Positions 48,232-63,448 of a stretch of DNA of 64,000 bases are shown piece by piece. The position numbers were made by a program, and so were the translations under genes. Below the pieces are notes generated by a model. That model searched no databases and was not told the origin of the DNA. It saw only the letters and a program-made list of their open reading frames with translations. The DNA lies in assembly GCF_988242995.1 (NCBI RefSeq), contig NZ_OZ547043.1, one strand, 5' to 3'. Positions within the stretch are counted from its first letter, which is position 1. Every line of letters starts with the position of its first letter.

Positions 48232-50892
48232 ATGAGTCAGCGAGGACTGGAAGCACTACTGCGACCAAAATCGATTGCGGTAATTGGCGCATCGATGAAA
48301 CCCAATCGCGCAGGTTACCTGATGATGCGTAACCTGCTGGCGGGAGGCTTTAACGGACCGGTACTCCCGGTGACGCCAGCCTGGAAAGCGGTGTTGGGTG
48401 TGTTGGCCTGGCCGGATATTGCCAGCTTGCCCTTTACACCCGACCTTGCGGTTTTATGTACCAATGCCAGCCGTAATCTTGCTCTTCTGGAAGAGCTCGG
48501 CGAGAAAGGCTGTAAAACCTGCATTATTCTTTCCGCCCCGGCATCGCAACACGAAGATCTCCGCGCCTGCGCCCTGCGCCATAACATGCGCCTGCTAGGA
48601 CCAAACAGTCTGGGTTTACTGGCTCCCTGGCAAGGTCTAAATGCCAGCTTTTCACCTGTGCCGATTAAACGCGGCAAGCTGGCGTTTATTTCGCAATCGG
48701 CTGCCGTCTCCAATACCATCCTCGACTGGGCGCAACAGCGTGAGATGGGCTTTTCCTACTTTATTGCGCTCGGCGACAGCCTGGATATCGACGTTGATGA
48801 ATTGCTCGACTATCTGGCGCGCGACAGTAAAACCAGCGCCATCCTGCTCTATCTCGAACAGTTAAGCGACGCGCGACGCTTTGTTTCGGCGGCCCGTAGT
48901 GCCTCGCGCAATAAACCGATTCTGGTGATTAAAAGCGGACGTAGCCCGGCGGCTCAACGTCTGTTGAACACCACGGCAGGAATGGATCCAGCGTGGGATG
49001 CGGCTATTCAGCGTGCCGGTTTGTTGCGGGTACAGGACACCCACGAGCTGTTTTCGGCGGTGGAAACCCTTAGCCATATGCGCCCGCTGCGTGGCGACCG
49101 GTTGATGATTATCAGCAACGGTGCTGCGCCTGCCGCGCTGGCGCTGGATGCCTTATGGTCACGCAATGGCAAGCTGGCAACGCTAAGCGAAGAAACCTGC
49201 CAGAAACTGCGCGATGCACTGCCAGGACATGTGGCAATCTCTAACCCTCTCGATCTGCGCGATGACGCCAGCAGCGAGCATTATGTCAAAACGCTGGACA
49301 TTCTGCTCCACAGCCAGGATTTTGATGCGCTGATGGTTATTCATTCGCCCAGCGCCGCTGCTCCCGCAACAGAAAGCGCGCAAGTATTAATTGAAGCGGT
49401 AAAGCATCATCCCCGCAGCAAGTATGTTTCTCTGCTGACGAACTGGTGTGGCGAACATTCCTCGCAAGAGGCACGACGATTATTCAGCGAAGCCGGGCTG
49501 CCGACCTACCGTACCCCGGAAGGAACCATCACTGCTTTTATGCATATGGTGGAGTACCGGCGTAATCAGAAGCAACTACGCGAAACGCCGGCGTTGCCCA
49601 GCAATCTGACCTCCAATACTGCAGAAGCGCATCTTCTGTTGCAACAGGCGATTGCCGAAGGGGCTACGTCGCTCGATACCCATGAAGTTCAGCCCATCCT
49701 GCAAGCGTATGGCATGAACACGCTCCCCACCTGGATTGCCAGCGATAGCACCGAAGCGGTGCATATTGCCGAACAGATTGGTTATCCGGTGGCGCTGAAA
49801 TTGCGTTCGCCGGATATTCCACATAAATCGGAAGTTCAGGGCGTCATGCTCTACCTGCGTACAGCTAATGAAGTCCAGCAAGCGGCAAACGCTATTTTCG
49901 ATCGCGTAAAAATGGCCTGGCCGCAGGCGCGGATCCACGGCCTGTTGGTGCAAAGTATGGCTAACCGTGCTGGCGCTCAGGAGTTGCGGGTTGTGGTTGA
50001 GCACGATCCGGTTTTCGGGCCGTTGATCATGCTGGGCGAAGGCGGTGTGGAGTGGCGTCCTGAAGATCAAGCCGTCGTCGCACTACCGCCGCTAAACATG
50101 AACCTGGCCCGCTATCTGGTTATTCAGGGGATCAAAAGTAAAAAGATTCGTGCGCGCAGTGCGCTACGCCCATTGGATGTTGCAGGCTTGAGCCAGCTTC
50201 TGGTGCAGGTTTCCAACTTGATTGTCGATTGCCCGGAAATTCAACGTCTGGACATTCATCCTTTGCTGGCTTCTGGCAGTGAATTTACCGCGCTGGATGT
50301 CACGCTGGATATCGCGCCGTTTGAAGGCGATAACGAGAGCCGGCTGGCAGTGCGCCCTTATCCGCATCAGCTGGAAGAATGGGTAGAATTGAAAAACGGT
50401 GAACGCTGCTTGTTCCGCCCGATTTTGCCAGAAGATGAGCCACAACTTCAGCAGTTCATTTCGCGAGTCACCAAAGAAGATCTTTATTACCGCTACTTTA
50501 GCGAGATCAACGAATTTACCCATGAAGATTTAGCCAACATGACGCAGATCGACTACGATCGGGAAATGGCGTTTGTAGCAGTACGACGTATTGAACAAAC
50601 GGAAGAGATCCTCGGCGTCACGCGTGCGATCTCCGACCCTGATAACATCGATGCCGAATTTGCCGTGCTGGTTCGCTCGGATCTCAAAGGGTTAGGCTTA
50701 GGTCGACGCTTAATGGAAAAGTTGATTACCTATACGCGAGATCACGGACTGCAACGTCTGAATGGTATTACGATGCCAAACAATCGTGGCATGGTGGCGC
50801 TGGCCCGCAAGCTCGGGTTTAACGTTGATATCCAGCTCGAAGAGGGGATCGTTGGGCTTACGCTAAATCTTGCCCAGCGCGAGGAATCATGA
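48232..50892 (+). CDS. patZ: protein lysine acetyltransferase: NDP-forming acyl-CoA synthetase-like domains plus C-terminal GNAT domain
   Basis: 886-aa ORF; CoA-binding N-terminus, ATP-grasp-like middle region, C-terminal GNAT region. Confidence 0.9.
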   Translation: MSQRGLEALLRPKSIAVIGASMKPNRAGYLMMRNLLAGGFNGPVLPVTPAWKAVLGVLAWPDIASLPFTPDLAVLCTNASRNLALLEELGEKGCKTCIILSAPASQHEDLRACALRHNMRLLGPNSLGLLAPWQGLNASFSPVPIKRGKLAFISQSAAVSNTILDWAQQREMGFSYFIALGDSLDIDVDELLDYLARDSKTSAILLYLEQLSDARRFVSAARSASRNKPILVIKSGRSPAAQRLLNTTAGMDPAWDAAIQRAGLLRVQDTHELFSAVETLSHMRPLRGDRLMIISNGAAPAALALDALWSRNGKLATLSEETCQKLRDALPGHVAISNPLDLRDDASSEHYVKTLDILLHSQDFDALMVIHSPSAAAPATESAQVLIEAVKHHPRSKYVSLLTNWCGEHSSQEARRLFSEAGLPTYRTPEGTITAFMHMVEYRRNQKQLRETPALPSNLTSNTAEAHLLLQQAIAEGATSLDTHEVQPILQAYGMNTLPTWIASDSTEAVHIAEQIGYPVALKLRSPDIPHKSEVQGVMLYLRTANEVQQAANAIFDRVKMAWPQARIHGLLVQSMANRAGAQELRVVVEHDPVFGPLIMLGEGGVEWRPEDQAVVALPPLNMNLARYLVIQGIKSKKIRARSALRPLDVAGLSQLLVQVSNLIVDCPEIQRLDIHPLLASGSEFTALDVTLDIAPFEGDNESRLAVRPYPHQLEEWVELKNGERCLFRPILPEDEPQLQQFISRVTKEDLYYRYFSEINEFTHEDLANMTQIDYDREMAFVAVRRIEQTEEILGVTRAISDPDNIDAEFAVLVRSDLKGLGLGRRLMEKLITYTRDHGLQRLNGITMPNNRGMVALARKLGFNVDIQLEEGIVGLTLNLAQREES

Positions 50893-51005
50893 GTAAGGTA
50901 CTGGAAATGTTGACCACTTAATCGGGACTGGTGTTATTATTGCCCGCTTATGTCGTCTGCATTGCACAGAGGACCCTTCAATGAACAGAGAAGAAATGCA
51001 CTGTG

Positions 51006-52361
51006 ATGTTGTCAAAATTTAAGCGTAATAAACATCAACAACACCTTGCCCAACTACCCAAGATTTCTCAATCAGTTGATGATGTCGATTTCTTTTACGC
51101 TCCCGCCGACTTCCGGGAGACGCTGCTGGAAAAAATAGCCAGCGCGAAGCAGCGCATTTGCATTGTCGCCCTGTATCTCGAACAGGATGACGGTGGCAAA
51201 GGCATTCTGAACGCGTTGTATGAGGCTAAAAGGCAGCGTCCGGAACTGGATGTGCGGGTGCTGGTCGACTGGCATCGTGCACAACGTGGACGCATTGGCG
51301 CTGCGGCATCTAACACTAACGCTGACTGGTACTGCCGCATGGCGCAGGAAAATCCGGGCGTAGATGTTCCGGTTTATGGCGTGCCAATCAATACCCGTGA
51401 AGCCCTTGGTGTTCTGCACTTTAAAGGCTTTATCATCGACGATAGCGTACTTTATAGCGGTGCCAGCCTGAACGATGTTTACCTGCATCAGCACGATAAA
51501 TATCGCTACGACCGTTATCATCTGATCCGTAACCGTAAGATGTCAGACATTATGTTTGAATGGGTTACACAGAATATTATGAATGGCCGCGGCGTTAATC
51601 GTCTGGATGATGTTAATCGGCCAAAAAGCCCGGAAATCAAGAACGATATTCGTCTGTTCCGCCAGGAGCTGCGTGATGCCGCTTATCATTTCCAGGGCGA
51701 TGCCGACAACGATCAGCTTTCCGTAACGCCGCTAGTGGGGCTGGGGAAATCGAGTCTGTTGAACAAGACCATTTTCCATCTTATGCCTTGTGCCGAGCAG
51801 AAACTAACCATCTGTACGCCATACTTCAACCTGCCAGCAATCCTTGTGCGCAATATTATCCAGTTGCTGCGCGAAGGGAAAAAGGTCGAAATTATTGTTG
51901 GTGATAAAACCGCGAACGACTTCTACATTCCGGAAGATGAACCTTTCAAGATAATTGGCGCATTGCCTTATCTCTATGAGATCAATCTGCGTCGTTTCCT
52001 GAGCCGTTTGCAGTATTACGTCAATATTGACCAGCTAGTGGTTCGGTTATGGAAAGATGACGACAACACCTATCACCTGAAAGGGATGTGGGTTGATGAT
52101 AAGTGGATGTTGATCACCGGTAATAACCTGAACCCGCGCGCCTGGCGTCTGGATCTGGAAAACGCCATTTTGATCCACGATCCACAACTGGAGCTTGCGC
52201 CGCAGCGAGAGAAAGAACTGGAGCTGATCCGCGAGCATACCACCATCGTTAAGCACTATCGCGATCTGCAAAGTATTGCCGATTATCCGGTGAAGGTTCG
52301 TAAACTCATCCGCCGTTTGCGCCGTATCCGCATCGACCGATTAATTAGCCGCATCCTGTAA
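51006..52361 (+). CDS. pssA: CDP-diacylglycerol-serine O-phosphatidyltransferase (PLD-type)
   Basis: Two HxK(x)4D-like phospholipase D motifs (HFKGFIIDD and HLKGMWVDD); 451 aa from second ATG. Confidence 0.92.
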   Translation: MLSKFKRNKHQQHLAQLPKISQSVDDVDFFYAPADFRETLLEKIASAKQRICIVALYLEQDDGGKGILNALYEAKRQRPELDVRVLVDWHRAQRGRIGAAASNTNADWYCRMAQENPGVDVPVYGVPINTREALGVLHFKGFIIDDSVLYSGASLNDVYLHQHDKYRYDRYHLIRNRKMSDIMFEWVTQNIMNGRGVNRLDDVNRPKSPEIKNDIRLFRQELRDAAYHFQGDADNDQLSVTPLVGLGKSSLLNKTIFHLMPCAEQKLTICTPYFNLPAILVRNIIQLLREGKKVEIIVGDKTANDFYIPEDEPFKIIGALPYLYEINLRRFLSRLQYYVNIDQLVVRLWKDDDNTYHLKGMWVDDKWMLITGNNLNPRAWRLDLENAILIHDPQLELAPQREKELELIREHTTIVKHYRDLQSIADYPVKVRKLIRRLRRIRIDRLISRIL

Positions 52362-52365
52362 TCAC

Positions 52366-52394
52366 AACCCCGTCCTGTACGGGGTTTGTTTTTT
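52366..52394 (+). terminator. intrinsic terminator after pssA
   Basis: aaccccgt-cctgta-cggggtt followed by tgtttttt; the T-tract runs into GGAGG, the likely yfiM ribosome-binding site. Confidence 0.7.
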
Positions 52395-52406
52395 GGAGGC
52401 CACGTT

Positions 52407-52730
52407 TTGCGTATTCTTTTTGTCTGCTCGCTATTGTTACTTTCTGGATGCAGCCATATGGCTAACGATAGCTGGAGCGGGCAGGATAAAGCTCAACACT
52501 TTATCGCCTCGGCGATGCTTTCCGCCGCCGGAAATGAATATGCACAGCATCAGGGGATGAGTCGCGATCGCAGTGCCACTTTCGGGCTGATGTTCTCTGT
52601 TGGGCTGGGCGCGTCAAAAGAACTTTGGGATAGCCGCCCCGAGGGGAGCGGCTGGAGCTGGAAAGATTTTACCTGGGATGTCGCCGGTGCAACTACTGGC
52701 TATACCGTCTGGCAGTTGGCGCATAATTAA
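52407..52730 (+). CDS. yfiM: small lipoprotein
   Basis: Signal peptide with lipobox LLSGC; TTG at 52407 lies 7 nt after GGAGG; the upstream ATG at 52386 sits inside the terminator stem. Confidence 0.65.
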   Translation: MRILFVCSLLLLSGCSHMANDSWSGQDKAQHFIASAMLSAAGNEYAQHQGMSRDRSATFGLMFSVGLGASKELWDSRPEGSGWSWKDFTWDVAGATTGYTVWQLAHN

Positions 52731-54025
52731 AGGCGCATCCCCTTCCCTTTGCGATGTAGCATCAAAGAAACCAGAAACGCCACCACGGCCATCAAGGTCA
52801 CATACCAGAAGAAGGCTGTTTCCATTCCTATTGATTTCAGCGACAACGCTACATACTCTGCTGAGCCACCAAATATAGCATTGGCGACCGCATATGACAG
52901 ACCAACGCCTAATGCGCGAACCTGTGCCGGGAACATCTCAGCCTTCAGTATTCCACTGATTGAAGTATAAAAACTCACTATCAGCAGGGCGCACATCACC
53001 AGACCAAAAGCGGCATAAGGCGAAGAAACGTTCTGCAATGCTGAGAGAATAGGAACGGTAAAAATGGTTGCCAGCGAACCGAAACATAACATTGAGGTAC
53101 GACGACCAATCTTATCCGACAGCGCGCCAATAAGTGGTTGAATAAGCATGAATACAAACAATGCGGCAGTCATAATGCCACTCGCCACGTTGGCATGCAT
53201 TCCCGCAGTATTTACCAGATACTTCTGCATATAAGTGGTGAAGGTATAGAAACAAAGGGAGCCCGCAGCGGTAAAACCGAGAACCATGATGAATGCACGG
53301 CGATTGCGCCATAATCCTTTCAGAGATCCAGCTTCTTTTAAAGCGCGTGTTTCTTGTTGTGAAGTTTCATCTAACTGACGACGTAACCACAACGCCACAA
53401 CAGCTAACACAGCTCCTAACGCGAAAGGAATACGCCATCCCCACTCTCTGAGTGCAGCGTCTTCCATGGTGTGTTGTAAAACCACGACAACCAGTAGAGC
53501 TAGCAATTGCCCGCCGATCAACGTCACATACTGAAATGATGCGTAAAAACCTTTGCGCCCTTCAACGGCAACTTCACTCATATAGGTGGCGCTGGTGCCA
53601 TATTCTCCGCCAACGGATAATCCCTGGAATAAACGAGCAAGAAGCAATAATGCCGGAGCCCAGGTACCGATTGTTTCGTAGCCTGGCAAACAGGCGATAA
53701 CCAGTGAGCCGAAACACATCATACACACCGATAATAGCATCGATTTTTTGCGACCATGTTTATCGGCTATGCGGCCAAATAGCCAACCGCCTATTGGGCG
53801 CATCAGAAATCCCGCAGCAAAAACACCTGCTGTTTGCAGTAGTTGAGTCGTCGTGTTCCCGGAAGGGAAGAAGATGTGGGCGAAGTAGAGTGAACAGAAC
53901 GAATAGACATAGAAATCGAACCACTCGACCAGATTACCTGAAGAGGCCCCCACAATTGCCCAAATGCGGCGACGAGTATCACTACTTGTCAGTTTGCTGT
54001 CTGCCGTTACAGTACTTTCAGCCAT
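52727..54025 (-). CDS. kgtP: alpha-ketoglutarate:H+ symporter (MFS)
   Basis: Start at [13 protein letters not shown] (432 aa); polytopic MFS-type membrane protein; track ORF extends to 54127. Confidence 0.9.
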   Translation of the reverse strand: MAESTVTADSKLTSSDTRRRIWAIVGASSGNLVEWFDFYVYSFCSLYFAHIFFPSGNTTTQLLQTAGVFAAGFLMRPIGGWLFGRIADKHGRKKSMLLSVCMMCFGSLVIACLPGYETIGTWAPALLLLARLFQGLSVGGEYGTSATYMSEVAVEGRKGFYASFQYVTLIGGQLLALLVVVVLQHTMEDAALREWGWRIPFALGAVLAVVALWLRRQLDETSQQETRALKEAGSLKGLWRNRRAFIMVLGFTAAGSLCFYTFTTYMQKYLVNTAGMHANVASGIMTAALFVFMLIQPLIGALSDKIGRRTSMLCFGSLATIFTVPILSALQNVSSPYAAFGLVMCALLIVSFYTSISGILKAEMFPAQVRALGVGLSYAVANAIFGGSAEYVALSLKSIGMETAFFWYVTLMAVVAFLVSLMLHRKGKGMRL

Positions 54026-54344
54026 GCCATTATGTCTCCTGCCGTAATCCGATGCTTTTGTCGGTCGCTGTTGTTTATTTTTTTTGGTAAAGAAAATGTT
54101 ATACATTTGTTGCGTATCATTATGCAACCTTAACCATGAATTTAGTTAGCAGGAAAATGGTTATTGAGGAGCTTAAGGATAAATTTCTGGTAAGGAGGAT
54201 GTATGGAAGTGGGCAATTTGGGGAAACCGTATCCGTTGCTGAATCTGGCGTATGTGGGGGGATAATGCGGATATCTACACTCGCCGCAACTCTTCGTAGG
54301 TCGGGTAAGACGCGCCAGCGTCGCATCCGGCATTTATTCCGCAC

Positions 54345-54557
54345 CAGCGCAAAAAGGCCATCCGTCAGGATGGCCTTCTGCTTAATTTGATGCCTGGCAG
54401 TTTATGGCGGGCGTCCTGCCCGCCACCCTCCGGGCCGTTGCTTCGCAACGTTCAAATCCGCTCCCGGCGGATTTGTCCTGGTTGGGAGAGTGTTCACCGA
54501 CAAACAACAGATAAAACAAAAGGCCCAGTCTTCCGACTGAGCCTTTTGCTTTATTTG
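54345..54557 (-). terminator. rRNA operon tandem terminators T1 and T2
   Basis: Reverse complement matches the rrnB-type T1/T2 terminator block; hairpins at about 54517-54546 (T1) and 54351-54379 (T2), each followed by a U-tract. Confidence 0.85.
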
Positions 54558-54677
54558 ATGCCTGGCAGTTCCCTACTCTCGCATGGGGAGACCCCACACT
54601 ACCATCGGCGCTACGGCGTTTCACTTCTGAGTTCGGCATGGGGTCAGGTGGGACCACCGCGCTAAGGCCGCCAGGCA
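54558..54677 (-). rRNA. rrfG: 5S ribosomal RNA
   Basis: 120 nt; reverse complement reads UGCCUGGCGGCC...CUGCCAGGCAU. Confidence 0.93.
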
Positions 54678-54770
54678 AATTCTGTTTTATTAACCCGCTT
54701 GTCGCCGGTTAATTTAATCTGTATCAGGCTGAAAATCTTCTCTCATCCGCCAAAACATCTTCGGCGTTGT

Positions 54771-57675
<2,905 letters not shown>

Positions 57676-57868
57676 TCACAACCCGAAGATGTTTCTTTCG
57701 ATTCATCATCGTGTTGCGAAAATTTGAGAGACTCACGAACAACTTTCGTTGTTCAGTGTTTCAATTTTCAGCTTGATCCAGATTTTTAAAGAGCAAATAT
57801 CTCAAACATCACCCGAAGATGAGTTTTGAGATATTAAGGCAGGTGACTTTCACTCACAAACCAGCAAG

Positions 57869-57944
57869 TGGCGTCCCCTAGGGGATTCGAACCCCTGTTA
57901 CCGCCGTGAAAGGGCGGTGTCCTGGGCCTCTAGACGAAGGGGAC
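57869..57944 (-). tRNA. gltW: tRNA-Glu (UUC anticodon) in the 16S-23S spacer
   Basis: 76-nt reverse complement GTCCCCTTCGTCTAGAGGCCCAGGACACCGCCCTTTCACGGCGGTAACAGGGGTTCGAATCCCCTAGGGGACGCCA. Confidence 0.93.
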
Positions 57945-58029
57945 GTGTCAGTCTGCTTCGCAAGACGCCTTGCTTTTCACTTTCTATCAGACAATCTGTG
58001 TGAGCACTTCAAAGAACGCTTCTTTAAGG

Positions 58030-59571
<1,542 letters not shown>

Positions 59572-59752
59572 AAAAGTTTGATGCTCAAAGAATTAAACTT
59601 CGTAATGAATTACGTGTTCACTCTTGAGACTTGGTATTCATTTTTCGTCTTGCGACGTTAAGAATCCGTATCTTCGAGTGCCCACACAGATTGTCTGATA
59701 AATTGTTAAAGAGCAGTGCCGCTTCGCTTTTTCTCAGCGGCGCGGGGTGTGC

Positions 59753-59925
59753 ATAATACGCTTTCCCGCTACAGAGTCAAGCATTTTTTTTGCTTTTCTC
59801 TGTTGAGATTCTCAGGAGAACCCCGCTGACCCGGCGGCGTGTTTGCCGTTGTTCCGTGTCAGTGGTGGCGCATTATAGGGAGTTATTCCGGCCTGACAAG
59901 CAAAAAATATAAAAACTTTATCGTT
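59753..59925 (-). promoter_or_regulatory. rRNA operon tandem promoters P1 and P2 with AT-rich UP element
   Basis: P1 -35 TTGTCA (59894-59899), -10 TATAAT (59872-59877), GC-rich discriminator; P2 -35 TTGACT (59775-59780), -10 TATTAT (59753-59758); A/T tract 59900-59925. Confidence 0.75.
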
Positions 59926-59980
59926 CGCTCATTTTTCAGGCAAAACATCTTAAGCATAGTCTTTTCCGTCTAATTTATAG

Positions 59981-60008
59981 ACAAAAACGAGCCCCGAAGG
60001 GCTCGTTT
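59981..60008 (-). terminator. intrinsic terminator after clpB
   Basis: acgagccc-cgaa-gggctcgt hairpin followed by UUUUU on the minus strand. Confidence 0.7.
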
Positions 60009-60013
60009 TATCA

Positions 60014-62587
60014 TTACTGGACGGCGACAATCCGGTCTTCATTAACTTCCAGGCGAATAACTTTACCCGGAACCAATTCACCAGACAGTATTTGCTGTGC
60101 CAGCGGGTTTTCGATCTGCTGCTGGATAGCACGTTTCAGAGGACGTGCACCATAGACCGGATCGTAACCGTTCTCGCTCAGCAGTTTCAGCGCCTCGTCA
60201 GAAATGTGGATTTCATAACCACGTTCTTCCAGACGTTTGTACAGACGTTTCAACTGAATCTGCGCAATCGACGCAATGTGCTGTTCACCCAGCGGATGGA
60301 AGACCACCACTTCATCGATACGGTTAATGAATTCCGGACGGAAGTTATGGCTTACCACACCGAGCACCAGCTCTTTCATGTGCGCATAATCCAGTTCACC
60401 GAAGCGTTCCTGAATCAAATCGGAACCGAGGTTAGAGGTCATAATGACAACCGTATTACGGAAGTCGACCGTTCTCCCCTGCCCGTCAGTCAGACGCCCA
60501 TCATCCAGTACCTGCAACAGAATGTTGAAGACATCCGGATGCGCTTTTTCCACTTCATCCAGCAGGATGACGGAATACGGACGACGACGCACCGCTTCGG
60601 TCAGGTAGCCACCTTCTTCATAACCGACATATCCCGGAGGCGCACCAACCAGACGAGACACCGAGTGTTTCTCCATAAACTCGGACATATCGATACGGAC
60701 CATCGCCTCGTCGCTATCAAACATAAAGTTCGCCAGCGCCTTACAAAGCTCAGTTTTCCCCACACCCGTTGGGCCGAGGAACAGGAATGAACCAATCGGG
60801 CGATTTGGATCCGCCAGCCCCGCACGGCTACGACGAATAGCGTTAGATACCGCATCAACCGCTTCGTTCTGACCAATAACGCGATGGTGCAGCTCTTGCT
60901 CCATACGCAGCAGTTTTTCGCGCTCGCTTTCCATCATGCGAGAAACCGGAATCCCCGTCCAACGCGCCAGCACTTCAGCAATTTCGGCATCGGTCACTTT
61001 ATTACGCAACAGACGCATAGTTTTGCCTTCGAGCTGCGTTGCGGCTTCCAGTTGCTTTTCCAGTTCCGGGATTTTGCCGTATTGCAGTTCAGACATCCGC
61101 GCCAGGTCACCCACACGGCGAGCCTGTTCAATAGCGATTTTCGCCTGTTCCAGTTCCGCTTTAATGGTCTGTGTACCAGAAAGCGATGCTTTCTCTGCTT
61201 TCCACTCTTCTTCTAACTCGGAGTACTGACGTTCTTTGTCGCTCAGTTCTTCGTTGAGCATATCCAGGCGTTTTTTACTGGCTTCATCAGACTCTTTCAT
61301 TAACGCCTGTTGTTCCAGTTTAAGCTGGATGATACGACGATCGAGTCGGTCGAGTTCTTCTGGTTTTGAGTCGATCTGCATACGAATGCTGGATGCTGCT
61401 TCATCGATCAGGTCGATGGCTTTATCCGGCAGCTGACGGTCAGCAATGTAGCGATGAGACAACGTCGCCGCTGCAACAATTGCCGGGTCAGTAATTTGCA
61501 CATGGTGGTGCAATTCGTAACGTTCTTTCAGGCCACGCAGAATCGCAATGGTATCTTCAACAGAAGGCTCGGCAACAAACACTTTCTGGAAACGACGTTC
61601 CAGCGCAGCATCTTTTTCGATGTACTGGCGATATTCGTCAAGCGTCGTGGCACCTACGCAGTGCAATTCACCACGCGCCAGCGCCGGTTTCAGCATGTTT
61701 CCGGCGTCCATTGCGCCATCGGCTTTACCCGCGCCGACCATGGTATGTAATTCGTCGATAAACAGGATGACGTTGCCTTCCTGTTTGGCAAGATCGTTAA
61801 GCACGCCTTTTAAACGTTCTTCAAACTCACCGCGATATTTCGCCCCAGCCACCAGCGCGCCCATATCCAGCGCCAGTACGCGGCGGCCTTTCAACCCTTC
61901 CGGCACTTCGCCGTTGATAATACGCTGCGCCAGACCTTCAACGATGGCAGTTTTACCGACGCCGGGTTCACCAATCAGTACTGGGTTATTTTTAGTACGA
62001 CGTTGCAGCACCTGAATGGTACGGCGAATTTCTTCATCACGACCAATCACCGGATCGAGTTTGCCCTGTTCGGCTCGTTCGGTAAGGTCGATGGTATATT
62101 TTTTCAAAGCCTGACGTTGGTCTTCAGCACCTTGATCGTTCACGCTTTCACCTCCACGCATTTGTTCAATCGCTTGAGTAATGTTGGCGGTGGTCGCCCC
62201 TGCTGCTTTCAGGATGTCGGCCAGCGTGCCGCGAGACTCAAGTGCCGCCAGAACGAACAGTTCTGACGAGATAAAGTTATCACCACGTTTTTGCGCCAGC
62301 TTGTCGCAAAGATTAAGAACGCGCACCAGATCCTGTGATGGCTGGACATCACCACCAGTACCTTCAACCTGCGGTAAACGATTTAATGCCTGATTGATAT
62401 CTGTGCGCAACTGGCCAGCATTTATGCCAGCGGATGTTAATAAAGGACTAACCGAACCCCCTTCCTGATTCAGCAGGGCGCTCATTAAATGAAGTGGTTC
62501 GATGAATTGGTTGTCGTGCCCGAGTGCAAGTGATTGGGCATCGGCAAGAGCAAGCTGGAATTTATTAGTAAGACGATCCAGACGCAT
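60014..62587 (-). CDS. clpB: AAA+ disaggregase chaperone ClpB
   Basis: Start at [11 protein letters not shown] (857 aa); two nucleotide-binding domains (GEPGVGKT and GPTGVGKT) with coiled-coil middle domain. Confidence 0.93.
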
Positions 62588-62626
62588 AACTCCTCCCATA
62601 ACGGATCAAAGTTGCTACTGGAGATT

Positions 62627-62654
62627 AAATGAGGTCATCCCTCAATTATTCAAG
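62627..62654 (-). promoter_or_regulatory. sigma32 (heat-shock) type promoter of clpB
   Basis: Minus-strand CCTTGAA-N14-CCTCATTTAA resembles the sigma32 consensus, about 35-60 nt upstream of the clpB ATG. Confidence 0.55.
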
Positions 62655-62716
62655 GTTATTGACCAGATTAATGTGAAAAGAAAATCACGCGTACCGGATC
62701 GTCTTGATTCTTTAGG

Positions 62717-63448
62717 TTATATCAGCCAAATGAAACTTGCCATACGACCGGTGGTCTTGTCGCGACGATAAGAGAAGAAAGTCTCATTTTCCGTATATGT
62801 ACAACGGTCGCCGCCGAAAATTTGTTCAACACCAACGCTCGCCAGACGCTGCCGGGCAAGCTGATAAATGTCCACCAGATACTTATCACCATGCTGAATG
62901 AAAGCTGTACTCGCTTCGGCGTCTACTGCCATAAACGCCTCGCGAACCTCCGCCCCCACTTCAAACGCGCGTGGACCAATTGCCGGCCCTAACCAGGCGA
63001 GAATATTTTCTGGATTATCAGCAAAACAGGAAACTGTCTCTTCCAACACGCCTGCGCACAGTCCACGCCAGCCAGCATGAGCGGCGGCGACTTCCGTTCC
63101 CGCTCGATTGCAAAACAGCACAGGGAGGCAGTCGGCAGTCATCACTGCGCAAACCGTGCCGGGCGTATTGCTATAAGAGGCATCTGCTCGTTTTGAGGCA
63201 TAAGGTTCGCCAGTAAGCTTAAGCACATCTTTGCCGTGTACCTGCTCAAGCCAGACCGGTTTAGAAGGCAAATTGCCCGCAGCAAAAAGTCGCTTGCGAT
63301 TCTCCTCAACGTGAACCGGGTTATCGCCACAATGAGCACCGAGGTTGAGCGAGTCATACGGGGGCAAGCTCACGCCGCCGATACGAGTAGAGCTACAGGC
63401 CGCAACACCTTTTGGCAGCGGCCACTGCGGGACAATCAGCTTACTCAT
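62717..63448 (-). CDS. yfiH: YfiH/DUF152-family protein (peptidoglycan editing factor)
   Basis: 243-aa ORF; start overlaps rluD stop (ATGA). Confidence 0.88.
   Translation of the reverse strand: MSKLIVPQWPLPKGVAACSSTRIGGVSLPPYDSLNLGAHCGDNPVHVEENRKRLFAAGNLPSKPVWLEQVHGKDVLKLTGEPYASKRADASYSNTPGTVCAVMTADCLPVLFCNRAGTEVAAAHAGWRGLCAGVLEETVSCFADNPENILAWLGPAIGPRAFEVGAEVREAFMAVDAEASTAFIQHGDKYLVDIYQLARQRLASVGVEQIFGGDRCTYTENETFFSYRRDKTTGRMASFIWLI

Noticed and set aside
52386-52406. ATG at 52386 as the yfiM start (ORF track)
   Set aside because: The codon is buried in the stem of the pssA terminator hairpin; the downstream TTG has a GGAGG ribosome-binding site and precedes a typical lipoprotein signal peptide.
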